DNA of 27,866 nucleotides from a virus (lineage: Duplodnaviria > Caudoviricetes), in IMG/VR virus record IMGVR_UViG_3300017722_000385, positions 1 to 27,866 of that record. One strand, written 5' to 3'. Numbering within the stretch: the first letter of the stretch is position 1; the number at the start of each line of letters is the position of its first letter. The position numbers were made by a program, and so were the translations under genes. This document shows, piece after piece, positions 8,776 to 17,619 of the stretch. Below the pieces are notes generated by a model. That model ran no database searches. It saw only the letters and a list, made by a program, of their open reading frames with translations, and had not been told where the DNA came from.

Positions 8776-9246
8776 ATGGTTGACTATACCGATAGCCTCG
8801 GCATCAACAAGGGCTCTATCGCTCTTGCTTCCTCGTACACCAATCGCTTTACGGTGATGGAGTACACCATCGACTTCGCCAAGATCGCTGCCGCTCGTTT
8901 GGCTGCTGGTGCTACCGCGCTGGCAAATACCGATACGCTCGTGCTCGCGACCCTGCCGAAGGGCTCCTACATCGTTGGCGGCAGCGTCAAGCTGCTCAAG
9001 GCGGAAGGTGCCACATCGAGCATCGACATCGGTGTCACGGGTTCGCTGCAGCTGTTGGCTAACGCTTTCGCCTGCAACGCCACGGTCGGTACCATGGTCG
9101 GCACAACTACCGCTCGGTTCCTGACTGCCGACACCACTGTGGTGATGACGGTCAACACGGCGAGTATGGATGTCGCCAAGGTGCTGCTCTCGATCATCGT
9201 TATCGACGCTGGCACCAACCCCGGTTCAATCCCCAACGCAACGTAA
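8776..9246 (+). CDS. Capsid decoration/cement protein (156 aa)
   Basis: AAGGAG SD. Follows the capsid gene and precedes a hairpin. Beta-rich, with an LPKGSYIVGG pattern. Confidence 0.65.
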   Translation: MVDYTDSLGINKGSIALASSYTNRFTVMEYTIDFAKIAAARLAAGATALANTDTLVLATLPKGSYIVGGSVKLLKAEGATSSIDIGVTGSLQLLANAFACNATVGTMVGTTTARFLTADTTVVMTVNTASMDVAKVLLSIIVIDAGTNPGSIPNAT

Positions 9247-9251
9247 TTGGC

Positions 9252-9275
9252 GGGGGCGAAAGCCCCCTCCTCTTC
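9252..9275 (+). terminator. Stem-loop; probable weak terminator or processing site after the capsid genes
   Basis: GGGGGC-GAAA-GCCCCC (GNRA loop) followed by a pyrimidine run (TCCTCTTC) with only a poor U-tract. Confidence 0.55.
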
Positions 9276-9290
9276 ATAGGAGAGAGAACT

Positions 9291-9929
9291 ATGGGTGTTT
9301 ATACTGGTATTGCACAGGACAATGTAACCATTAACGGGGGCACGGCTTACAACCTGCGCACGATTAATGGTACTTCGGCGTCCCCTACGGCTGTTACTGC
9401 TGCCGGTAATGTAAACAGCGATTATGTAACCGCTTCGCACGCATCGGGTGATGTCAGGGTCGAGTATGACCGTCTGGACATTACGTCTACCGGTTCTGGC
9501 GAAACGCTTCGTGCGTTTACTCGTGTTTCCGGTGCCAATGCGGCAACGGGCGGCACGGTTAACGGTGCGCATATTTCGCTGTCCGTCAATTCTGGTGGTA
9601 CGGTTTCTGGCGCTGGTAACGCTCTCCGCGTTACGCTGGGAGCCGCCGCTGGTGTAGCCACTGGTGGTACGGTCGCCGCACTTCTGTTGGACTCCGATCT
9701 TGCTGCCACGTCTTCCGTTCCTTCAACGGCAGCGTTTATGCGAGTAGCGGAAACCAACTCAGTCAAGATTGGTAAACTGCTAAACATCCCTGCTCCGTCG
9801 AATAGCACGATCTTTGCTACGCACACGACGCAGGCTATGTCACATTCTATCCGTATCTGCGCTGACGATGGTACGCCGTACTTCATCATGTGCACCAATG
9901 CTGCTACCAATCGTGGTGGCGGTAGCTAA
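9291..9929 (+). CDS. Virion structural protein, Gly/Ala/Thr-rich, fibre- or spike-like (212 aa)
   Basis: AGGAG SD, small-residue beta composition, structural-gene context. Confidence 0.6.
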   Translation: MGVYTGIAQDNVTINGGTAYNLRTINGTSASPTAVTAAGNVNSDYVTASHASGDVRVEYDRLDITSTGSGETLRAFTRVSGANAATGGTVNGAHISLSVNSGGTVSGAGNALRVTLGAAAGVATGGTVAALLLDSDLAATSSVPSTAAFMRVAETNSVKIGKLLNIPAPSNSTIFATHTTQAMSHSIRICADDGTPYFIMCTNAATNRGGGS

Positions 9930-10135
9930 TGGAAATAACAAGGGACTTCCTTGTGGCTGAGCTGACCCGTATGAAGCAGGAGCGAGATCATGCACATGAT
10001 ATCGTCGTTGCCCATCAGGCTGCCATGGATGTGCTCGATGCGTTAATCAGACGCCTCGACGCGCCCACTGTCTCCAAGGATGTTACCTTCGCTGATCTTG
10101 GGTTGCCTGACCCGCAGCCGCTTGACACAGCATAG
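9929..10135 (+). CDS. Small coiled-coil protein (68 aa)
   Basis: TAATG stop/start coupling with the previous gene. Helical heptad pattern. Confidence 0.6.
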   Translation: MEITRDFLVAELTRMKQERDHAHDIVVAHQAAMDVLDALIRRLDAPTVSKDVTFADLGLPDPQPLDTA

Positions 10136-10143
10136 ACCTAGTT

Positions 10144-10176
10144 GGCAGGGGACTATGGCCCCCTGCTCCTTACTTA
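10144..10176 (+). terminator. Intergenic stem-loop, possible terminator
   Basis: GGCAGGGG (10144-10151) pairs with CCCCTGCT (10160-10167), followed by CCTTACTT. Confidence 0.45.
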
Positions 10177-10186
10177 AGAGGGATAC

Positions 10187-11233
10187 ATGCCGACATCACT
10201 TACAGGCTCCAGAGTACGCGATACGTACGGGCAGCTTCTGCATCTTGACGGTGGTGTAGCCGCTACTGAGAAGGCGGTCAGGACTGGCGATGGTGTTGCC
10301 ACCGCGCTGAATGTCGGCAATACGTCTGTTTCTGTCGGCAACGTCCGGCTTACTGGCAACTCGATTGCCCCTATTGTGGCTGGCGGCGGGCTGACCATCA
10401 CCGCCACTGGTGGCTCGATTACTGGGATTACTGATCTTACTGTTGCCGATGGCGGCACTGGCGCGTCTGATGCTGCGACTGCACGGGTAAATCTCGGCTT
10501 AGCTATCGGCGCGAACGTGCAGGCATATGATGCCACGCTTCAGTCTTTGGCTGCTCTCGGTACGGCTGCCGACAAGTACGCTTACACGACTGGTGTGGAT
10601 ACTTGGGCAGAAGGCGCTATCACTGCCGCTGGCCGCGCCATTCTGGATGATGCCGATGCTGCAGCGCAGCGTACGACCCTCGGCCTTGGCACCATGGCCA
10701 CGCAGGCAGCTAGCAGCGTAGCTATTACAGGCGGCACCGTAGCCTTCAGTGTACTGGCTGGACGTGCGTTCGGTATGTTCTCTGACGTTACTGATCAGAC
10801 CGGCAACGTCTCCACACCGACTGCTGTCATATTTGGCACGAACGAGATCACGGGCAACGGCATTTCTATCGTCACTAACGGGTCAGCCCTGACGCGTATC
10901 ACCTTTGCTGCTGCGGGCACCTATATGATTGCGCCCAACCTGCAGTTTACCAACTCCGACACCTTTGACCATGATGTAACCATATGGTTCCGCAGGGATG
11001 GTACTGATATTGTCCGCTCCGCTACGCGCTTCACAGTCCCCAAGACCGGTGACGGCGGTAACGCGTTCTTCCAGATTATCGGCTACGACACGTTAACAGC
11101 GGGGCAGTACATCGAAGTAATGTGGCTTCCTGAGAATGTTGCTGTTACGATTGACCACACGGCTGCCGTCACGGGTCCGCCCGCAATACCAGCAATTCCG
11201 TCTGCCATTGTGGTGGCTGAGCGTATCGCGTAG
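10187..11233 (+). CDS. Fibre protein (348 aa) with fibre-shaft motifs and a C-terminal beta-sandwich
   Basis: Shaft motifs [23 protein letters not shown] and [26 protein letters not shown]. The C-terminal SRIT-like [11 protein letters not shown]...IWFRRDG...[11 protein letters not shown] resembles a C1q/BclA-type head. Confidence 0.72.
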   Translation: MPTSLTGSRVRDTYGQLLHLDGGVAATEKAVRTGDGVATALNVGNTSVSVGNVRLTGNSIAPIVAGGGLTITATGGSITGITDLTVADGGTGASDAATARVNLGLAIGANVQAYDATLQSLAALGTAADKYAYTTGVDTWAEGAITAAGRAILDDADAAAQRTTLGLGTMATQAASSVAITGGTVAFSVLAGRAFGMFSDVTDQTGNVSTPTAVIFGTNEITGNGISIVTNGSALTRITFAAAGTYMIAPNLQFTNSDTFDHDVTIWFRRDGTDIVRSATRFTVPKTGDGGNAFFQIIGYDTLTAGQYIEVMWLPENVAVTIDHTAAVTGPPAIPAIPSAIVVAERIA

Positions 11234-11252
11234 CTAATAGGAGACATGGCCA

Positions 11253-11543
11253 ATGGCCAATAGAATTCCGCGCCCCGGTGGTGAAATGCCTACGTATCTG
11301 GTTGGTAAACCAAAAAAGACCTACAAGAAGCCGCGCAATCCTGTGGGCTTTAAGGACTACACCGGCACGCCGGGTACAAATAACTACGTGCAGCGGTCGT
11401 TCAGAGAGAATATCGGCACGCCCGGCACGAGTACATTTGTACAGCGGTCAGCAAAAGAAAACATCGGAACGCCGGGCACGAGTACATTTGTGCAGCGAGA
11501 TTTCACAAGCGGTAACACGACCCCGCGCAAACGCCCCCGTTAG
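11253..11543 (+). CDS. Basic protein with three 17-aa repeats (96 aa)
   Basis: AGGAG SD 9 nt upstream. Lys/Arg-rich. Fills the intergenic slot on the coding strand. Confidence 0.65.
   Translation: MANRIPRPGGEMPTYLVGKPKKTYKKPRNPVGFKDYTGTPGTNNYVQRSFRENIGTPGTSTFVQRSAKENIGTPGTSTFVQRDFTSGNTTPRKRPR
11364..11516 (+). repeat. Three tandem 51-nt coding repeats
   Basis: Units start at 11364, 11415 and 11466 and encode GTPGTNNYVQRSFRENI / GTPGTSTFVQRSAKENI / GTPGTSTFVQRDFTSGN. Many differences between units are synonymous. Confidence 0.9.
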
Positions 11544-11587
11544 GCTGACGCGATAAGTAATCACACCCATTATAGGAGATACAGACA

Positions 11588-12160
11588 ATGGCTAAACAGT
11601 CTTACGGGACTAGCACTGGCGGAGTTAACAGGTCTGAAAAGGGCGACATGCCTTCCGACAGGAATACTATGTCGTATGGTCGGGGGCCCCTGACCGACTT
11701 GAGCAACAAAGGTAGCTTGCCTTCCGACAGAAAGTTTGGCGGGGCGTATGGCCCAGCTCCGAAGACTGCTCCCGGCAAAGGTAATCCTTCGGTAAGGAAT
11801 ACTAAAGAGTCCCCGCGCACTTACGTTCCCAGCCGGATCAAACAGATATTCGACTCGACGCCGTTTGCGACGCCTCCGGCCAAGAAGGCTCCGGCCAAGA
11901 AGCCGCCTGCTGCTGCTAAGCCTGCCACTCGCGGAGCTACGGCACCGACCAAGAAGGCGACCCCCCGCAATATGCCGCCAGCTACGCGCTTTGGCACCGT
12001 TACGGGCAAGACCACTGGCACAAGGGTTAGTGGCGGGGGCGGTTACGGCGGCGGCGGTACGCGCGGTGGCGGCAGCCTCAGTGGTGGCGGCAGCGGAAGC
12101 CGTACGACCGGCACCAGCCGCACGGGCGGCACTCAACGCAATGATCCTACGAGGGGCTGA
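11588..12160 (+). CDS. Basic low-complexity protein, Gly/Pro/Lys/Thr-rich (190 aa)
   Basis: AGGAG SD. Contains a PAKKAPAKKPPAAAKPA tract and a Gly-rich tail. Confidence 0.65.
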   Translation: MAKQSYGTSTGGVNRSEKGDMPSDRNTMSYGRGPLTDLSNKGSLPSDRKFGGAYGPAPKTAPGKGNPSVRNTKESPRTYVPSRIKQIFDSTPFATPPAKKAPAKKPPAAAKPATRGATAPTKKATPRNMPPATRFGTVTGKTTGTRVSGGGGYGGGGTRGGGSLSGGGSGSRTTGTSRTGGTQRNDPTRG

Positions 12161-12164
12161 TATA

Positions 12165-12440
12165 ATGAAGCTCTGGCTCCAGCACGTCGAGGATGGATCG
12201 CTATACGACTGGCATGAACTCCTCGTTAAGCACCCTAAGCTCCGCATTGTGACAGACGAAGAGCTGTTCCCTGAGAAGTATGCGCCGCCGCAGATCATCG
12301 CCAAGATGGAAGAGATCAAGGCCAAGCATGTGGAGCAGCTCGGGCTCTTTACGGATGTAATTCCTGAAGCGCCTGTGCCTGTCGCCAACGAAGAGCTGAA
12401 CGCCGAAGTTACCGTCCGCACAAGGAAGCGTAACAAGTGA
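12165..12440 (+). CDS. Hypothetical phage protein (91 aa)
   Basis: GAGGGG SD and ATG at 12165 (the track's 11865 start overlaps the previous gene). Sequence MKLWLQHVEDGSLYDWHELL...EELFPEKY. GTGA overlap with the next gene. Confidence 0.7.
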   Translation: MKLWLQHVEDGSLYDWHELLVKHPKLRIVTDEELFPEKYAPPQIIAKMEEIKAKHVEQLGLFTDVIPEAPVPVANEELNAEVTVRTRKRNK

Positions 12441-13102
12441 CACCATCTGATATCATAGTCGAGTGCCGTCGATTGCTGAATGACACGCTTGCCCCGTATC
12501 GTTACAGCGATGCGATGTTGCTCGGCTATGTTAATCAGATACTCAAGCGTACCGCTGTCCTGCGACCTGATCTGTTTGGTGAAACCGGTGATATTGCCGT
12601 GGCGGCTAACACCACGCTGCAGTCTCTGCCTGCGGATGCGCACCGGCTTATAGACATCTTTCAGGTCAAGGACGGCGATACAGTTACGGAAGTTGACCGG
12701 GAAACCATGTCGAGGAACTATCCCTCGTGGATGTCCGATGCGGCTGGTACGCCGGTCAACTTCATGCGCCATGTGCGCAATCCCACCAAGTTCTTCCTGT
12801 ACCCCAAGCCGGTTGCCGGTACCGTTCTGGTGGGTGAGTACGCCAAGACCCCGGCAGACTATACCATCAGCCAGTCTATCCTGCAGCCGCCTTCCAGCTT
12901 CTTTGGCGCACTGGTAGACGGGGTGGTATTCCTTGCATCGTCTGTGGACGACGAGCATGTGAACTCAGGCAGAGCCAAGATGTTCTTGGATAGCTTTACC
13001 CAGCAGCTTGGTGTATCCCTCCAGAACCGCGCGCTCAATGACAGCAAGATAGCTGGGCTTACTGCGGCTGCGTCCCTTGGGCAGCTTGGTGAGGTATACT
13101 GA
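12437..13102 (+). CDS. Head-tail adaptor / tail tubular protein A-like (221 aa)
   Basis: N-terminal helical IIVECRRLLND...RYSDAMLLGYVN...LRPDLF, central FFLYPKP, C-terminal ALVDGVVFLA helix. This is the podoviral adaptor layout. Confidence 0.7.
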   Translation: MTPSDIIVECRRLLNDTLAPYRYSDAMLLGYVNQILKRTAVLRPDLFGETGDIAVAANTTLQSLPADAHRLIDIFQVKDGDTVTEVDRETMSRNYPSWMSDAAGTPVNFMRHVRNPTKFFLYPKPVAGTVLVGEYAKTPADYTISQSILQPPSSFFGALVDGVVFLASSVDDEHVNSGRAKMFLDSFTQQLGVSLQNRALNDSKIAGLTAAASLGQLGEVY

Positions 13103-13872
13103 TGTCTACCCGTTTGTTCACATCGCTGCTGCCGAAGATCGCACCCTCCGTACCGGGGGCTCCGCAGCCGCTTGTCATCCAGTACATCCGCGATGTGGCT
13201 ATCCGGGCCTGCGAGACTTCCCTAGCGTGGCGTTATGTTGAGGCTCCGTTCGCTATCCAGCCGGGGTCGTACGTCAATTACTTCAACAAGCCAGAAAACA
13301 CGGATGTTCACGTACTGTTCCGGGTTACATGTAACGGGCAAATCCTCCGCCGAGCTACGCTGGAAGACGCAATCGACATGTATCCGGAATGGGCAGAGCA
13401 GTTCAATGGACTGACTGCCAATGAAATCTGGGCGCAGACGCCGACGACGACCGTCAACGAAGATGAATACAACGATGTGCAGTTCAACGGTAATATAACC
13501 GTAACACTTCCGGCTGCTGCCTCAGAGAATGGTGGCGAGCCGCGTGTCGTCACCCAGATCAGCCCAGACCAATATGTTGTGCTGCCGATGCCCGGCACCG
13601 ATAAGGTCTACACAATGCGGATGTTCTACGCCCTGAAGCCGTCGCGTACGGCCACCGGCATGGACGACACCGTGATGAACGAGCTTGAAGATGTTATCGT
13701 TCATGGTGCACTGCAGCAACTTCTGGTCATGCCCAAGGTCGTGTGGAACGACAACACATTGGCATCCTATCATGCCCGGCAGTATCTGGCGCGTGTGAAT
13801 GAGCGCCGGGCTCGCTCCAATCTCAACAACAGCCGCAGCGGTTTGACTGCGCGTGGGAACGGGTTTGCATAA
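13102..13872 (+). CDS. Second adaptor-like tail protein (256 aa)
   Basis: TGATG coupling. Motifs VPGAPQPLVIQYIRDVAIRACE, VLPMP...YALKPSR, IVHGALQQLLVMPKVVWND. Confidence 0.65.
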   Translation: MSTRLFTSLLPKIAPSVPGAPQPLVIQYIRDVAIRACETSLAWRYVEAPFAIQPGSYVNYFNKPENTDVHVLFRVTCNGQILRRATLEDAIDMYPEWAEQFNGLTANEIWAQTPTTTVNEDEYNDVQFNGNITVTLPAAASENGGEPRVVTQISPDQYVVLPMPGTDKVYTMRMFYALKPSRTATGMDDTVMNELEDVIVHGALQQLLVMPKVVWNDNTLASYHARQYLARVNERRARSNLNNSRSGLTARGNGFA

Positions 13873-13875
13873 CGA

Positions 13876-16533
13876 ATGGTCGCTATCAAGATCACTCGGT
13901 TCATCGGCACGGCTCCCCGCAACAGCCCGGAGCTTCTAGCCGATACGGCGGCACAGATTGCCCGCAATGGCAAGCTGTATTCTGGCGACTTGATCCCGTA
14001 TCCTGAGCCCGTCTCTGTGGCGGATAGCAATCGTAATGGCACGGTTCGCACAATCTATGGGTTGCGCAGCAGCACCGCCGGTACCGGCTCCCCGATCAAG
14101 TGGCTATCATTCAACAGCTTCGTATCCATCGCCACGCCGTCTACCGACGAGCTTGAAGAGCGCCGTTTCTATTATACTGGTGATGGCAAGCCCAAGGTCA
14201 GCAACTTCTCGCTGGCTACTACGGGTAGCGCATCCGGTCCTTATCCGGTGGATTATTACGACCTCGGGCTTCCGCTGCCGACGACCAAGCCGACGATTAC
14301 GACTGTACCGTTTAGCAAGGCGACGGTTGTTAGCTACGCCCGTGACAACGCCAATCAAGTCACGCTCACGACGATTGCGCCGCATAATCTGAAGACCGGC
14401 GCTGTTGCTTCGATCAGCGGTTTCTCAAACCGTGACGGTACGTATTCGCGTACGGGCACACAGATTACAGTCACGATCTCAAACCACGGTCTCACGACTG
14501 GTGCCAATATCTTTCTGGAGTTTTCGACCGGTACGGCAACAACAAACAACTACGCCGTAAATGTAACCGGCGTAAATACATTTACGTGTACCGATACTGC
14601 CCCCGCTGGCCCTACCAGCGGCAAAGTAAAGTGGGATATCCGCGACCTCAACACGATTGCGTCTGTTTCGGTTATCAACAGCACGACGATCTCTTACTTT
14701 GCTTTTGGTCCCGAGATTGCCACAACGACTGTAATTCGCGCTGGCACTTACACGCAGGTGGCCAGTGCTACGGCAACGATTACGCTCAGCAGCCATGGGC
14801 TTGCTTCCGGTGAGTTTGTCTATCTGAACTTCACATCTGGTACCGCCACGTCTGGTACTTACGATGTCACGGTTATAAACGCGAATACCTTCACGGTCAT
14901 TCTGCCTGTATCGGCTACGACCAGCGGTAGCGTCAATGTCTATCTCGTTGTTGGCACCATTGATCTCGGTGATCAGGTGCAGGGCCGGTCGTATATCTAC
15001 ACGTGGTTCACCCCGTGGCGCGAAGAAAGCATTGGCTCCGAACCAACTGATCCTGTCTACATGCGCGAGGGGCAGACCGCGATTGTAACCAGCCTACCGA
15101 CAGCACCACCTGCCGGTAAGAACAACATCCGTGGTATCCGACTGTATCGCAGTCTGGCATCTACGGCAGTCAGCGGGTTCTTTCAGCTCAAAACCCTGTG
15201 GTTCCCCGCAGCAATCTCACAAGTCAGCCGTACCAGCAATGTTGCACGCGTGACGATGCCCGATTACCACAACCTTCTTGCGGGCGACCGGATCAAGCTG
15301 GTGTGCACATCCAATGCTACATTTAATGCGACTGATGTGCTCGTGTCCCGCGTTGTCAGTGGTAAGGTATTCGAATTTGCGCAAGCCGGTTCAAACGTAG
15401 CTACTATCGCTGCGACGGGAGTGCTGTACTATGACATCGCTGAGAGAAAAACTGATCCGGCTCGCTACTGGGGTGACGGCGGCGTTTATACTTTTACTGA
15501 TGATTTCAGCTACCTCAGTCTGACGAGCCTGCTAGGCTCTACGGAATACGAAGCTCCGCCAACAGACATGCAAGGCATTACCGCACTGCACAACGGTATG
15601 ATGGCTGGCTTCGTCGGTAACGATATCTATTTATGTGAGCCCGGTCTGTATCATGCATGGCCCAGCCAGTACCGTATCTCGCTCGAATACGACATCGTGG
15701 CGTTGTCCTCCATCGGCGGCATCCTTCTGGTCCTGACCAGAGGCTATCCTTATGTTGTCGAGGGCAACCAGCCCGCGACCATGGTCGCTCAGAAACTTGC
15801 TGTTATGTATCCATGTGTCAGCGCGGCGTCTGTTGTCGCAACCGGCTTTGGCATTGTCTGGTCTACGCATGACGGCCTTGCCGTCTACGGCGGTGGCGGT
15901 GCTCAGCTCCTGACGAAGGCTGTCCACTACAGCGACACATGGAATGCCGACGTGAACCCGGAAGAGATCGTCGGGGCCGTATTCAAGGAGAACTACATCG
16001 GTTCGACTTCTACGGCTGCGCTCACACTGGAAGCTGTCGAGGGAGAGGGCGGAACGGGTCTGTCCTTCGTTGACCTTGATTTCCAATACAGTGCTTCGTG
16101 GTACGACAACGAGACCAACTCGCTCTATACGGCAGTCGGTACCAACGGTGATATCTACCAGTGGGATAACCCCACCCCGCAGAACATGACCATGCGCTGG
16201 AAGTCGAAGGTGTTCATAACTGATGCCCCGATGAACCTTGGCGCTGCGCGTGTCGTTGCCGACTACAGCCCCGGCGGTATAGATAGTCCGATCTGGGAAA
16301 CCATAAACGATAATTGGAATACGTACGACCTTCAGTGGGACGGCGGCTTGCCGATCATATTTAACCTATATATCAACAAGCAGCTTATCTTTACGACAGT
16401 CCGTACTGACAGCGGCATCTTCCGACTACCAACTGGATATAAGAGCGATACATTTGAGGTTGAGATTTACAGTCCAGTACGTGTCCGGGCTATTCACATT
16501 GCCGAAACCCCCATTGGATTGGCGGCTGTATAA
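13876..16533 (+). CDS. Tail nozzle / tail tubular protein B-like, with inserted beta-rich repeats (885 aa)
   Basis: N-terminal FIGTAPR...LL...AQIARN; YIYTWFTPWREESIGS; NIRGIRLYRS; beta-propeller-like NGMMAGFVGNDIYLCEPGLYHAWP; MRWKSKVF. Follows the adaptors. Confidence 0.75.
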   Translation: MVAIKITRFIGTAPRNSPELLADTAAQIARNGKLYSGDLIPYPEPVSVADSNRNGTVRTIYGLRSSTAGTGSPIKWLSFNSFVSIATPSTDELEERRFYYTGDGKPKVSNFSLATTGSASGPYPVDYYDLGLPLPTTKPTITTVPFSKATVVSYARDNANQVTLTTIAPHNLKTGAVASISGFSNRDGTYSRTGTQITVTISNHGLTTGANIFLEFSTGTATTNNYAVNVTGVNTFTCTDTAPAGPTSGKVKWDIRDLNTIASVSVINSTTISYFAFGPEIATTTVIRAGTYTQVASATATITLSSHGLASGEFVYLNFTSGTATSGTYDVTVINANTFTVILPVSATTSGSVNVYLVVGTIDLGDQVQGRSYIYTWFTPWREESIGSEPTDPVYMREGQTAIVTSLPTAPPAGKNNIRGIRLYRSLASTAVSGFFQLKTLWFPAAISQVSRTSNVARVTMPDYHNLLAGDRIKLVCTSNATFNATDVLVSRVVSGKVFEFAQAGSNVATIAATGVLYYDIAERKTDPARYWGDGGVYTFTDDFSYLSLTSLLGSTEYEAPPTDMQGITALHNGMMAGFVGNDIYLCEPGLYHAWPSQYRISLEYDIVALSSIGGILLVLTRGYPYVVEGNQPATMVAQKLAVMYPCVSAASVVATGFGIVWSTHDGLAVYGGGGAQLLTKAVHYSDTWNADVNPEEIVGAVFKENYIGSTSTAALTLEAVEGEGGTGLSFVDLDFQYSASWYDNETNSLYTAVGTNGDIYQWDNPTPQNMTMRWKSKVFITDAPMNLGAARVVADYSPGGIDSPIWETINDNWNTYDLQWDGGLPIIFNLYINKQLIFTTVRTDSGIFRLPTGYKSDTFEVEIYSPVRVRAIHIAETPIGLAAV

Positions 16534-16880
16534 TGGCTAGGTTCTCCGGTATTCCATCTGCCGCTCTAGAGGGCATCGAGCCGCAACTGGCACGTGTCTT
16601 GGCCGCGCTCAAGGAAAATGTTGAGCTTCTGACCAACCAGCGGGGTGAACTTGACCGGGCCAGCGCAGCTTTGCTTTCCGGGTCTATTACGACCGCACAG
16701 GCATCGAATGCTTTCAAGGGCTTAACTGCTAAAGCAGTTGGCGCAAAGGTTAGCGGTGTAGCCGTCCCACTTTTGTCAGACTACGTAAAGGCGTTGCAAG
16801 ATATCCAGACACTGGCGTATGATGTCGCCGTGCTGCGAGATACAGTTAACACCCTCATAGCCCAGTTGAGGACCAGCTAA
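16533..16880 (+). CDS. Small coiled-coil tail protein (115 aa)
   Basis: TAATG coupling on both sides. ALKENVELLTNQRG motif and C-terminal heptads. Confidence 0.7.
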   Translation: MARFSGIPSAALEGIEPQLARVLAALKENVELLTNQRGELDRASAALLSGSITTAQASNAFKGLTAKAVGAKVSGVAVPLLSDYVKALQDIQTLAYDVAVLRDTVNTLIAQLRTS

Positions 16881-17605
16881 TGAACCAATATGTACCTCCT
16901 GCGTTGACCAGCCTGCTCAACATGAGCACGGTCATGACCCCGCCGGAAACAATGTCAAGCAGCATCCCATCCTATCAGCTTGGTGGTATGGTAGGCCCTG
17001 ATGGAATGCCTATCCGCCCGAACCTTCCCGGCCTGCCCGGCTTATCTGGTCCTTCGCAGAACGGCCTTGGCCCGCAGCAGATGGAATTGGAGGCACGCCG
17101 CTTTGTCCAGCAGAACCCCCAGCAGGTTGCTGAAATCCGCACCACCATCGAAGAGGCGCTTGCGGAGGGGGATATCACCATGGATCAAGTCCAACTCCTT
17201 ACCAATATGGCGAAGGTGGCTCTCCAAAACCCGGAGATGTATCCAGCCCTGAAGCAGTCCGTTGTTTCCCGTGGTGTTCTTGAAGACGACGAACTACCGC
17301 CCGAATTCGATCAGGGTACTATGTTTATCCTGCTGCTGATCGGGCAAATCATGCAGGCCCCGGCTCAGCCGGGGATGCAAGCTGCCGGGGGTGTTCAGCC
17401 ACCTGCCGCTCCCGGCAGCGACCAAATGGGTATGCCTTCAATGGAGAAGGGCGGTGCGCTTCCGCCCAAGGGTAACAGTAATGATGGCTCCATTATCATT
17501 AAGGCTCATGAAAATGAGTATATAATCCCAGCCAAGGTCGTGAGGGCCAAGGGTACGGAGTTCTTCGACAAGCTCTTGCAGAGCTATGCAGACGACGAAG
17601 ATTAA
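16880..17605 (+). CDS. Putative internal virion protein (241 aa)
   Basis: Pro/Gln/Met-rich. C-terminal module KGG...DGSIIIKAHENEYIIPAKVVRAKGTEFFDKL. Confidence 0.65.
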   Translation: MNQYVPPALTSLLNMSTVMTPPETMSSSIPSYQLGGMVGPDGMPIRPNLPGLPGLSGPSQNGLGPQQMELEARRFVQQNPQQVAEIRTTIEEALAEGDITMDQVQLLTNMAKVALQNPEMYPALKQSVVSRGVLEDDELPPEFDQGTMFILLLIGQIMQAPAQPGMQAAGGVQPPAAPGSDQMGMPSMEKGGALPPKGNSNDGSIIIKAHENEYIIPAKVVRAKGTEFFDKLLQSYADDED

Positions 17606-17619
17606 GGTAGGATACCGCC

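Noticed and set aside
8740-8790. Programmed frameshift or readthrough extending the capsid protein
   Set aside because: No slippery sequence is evident at the capsid 3' end, and the next gene has its own SD.
11246-11263. ATGGCCA tandem duplication creating a 5-codon mini-ORF (MANGQ)
   Set aside because: The first ATG is only 2 nt from the SD. The second ATG (11253) has normal spacing.
11364-11516. Possible CRISPR-like array or diversity-generating-retroelement repeat
   Set aside because: The units are contiguous, in frame and lack unique spacers. No cas or reverse transcriptase gene is in the window.
11865-12164. N-terminal extension of the track's 191-aa ORF
   Set aside because: It is an alternative-frame read of the basic 190-aa gene. 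The better start is ATG 12165 with its own SD.
11570-12958. 462-aa antisense ORF
   Set aside because: It spans three + strand genes, has low complexity and no family features. Treated as a GC-rich shadow.
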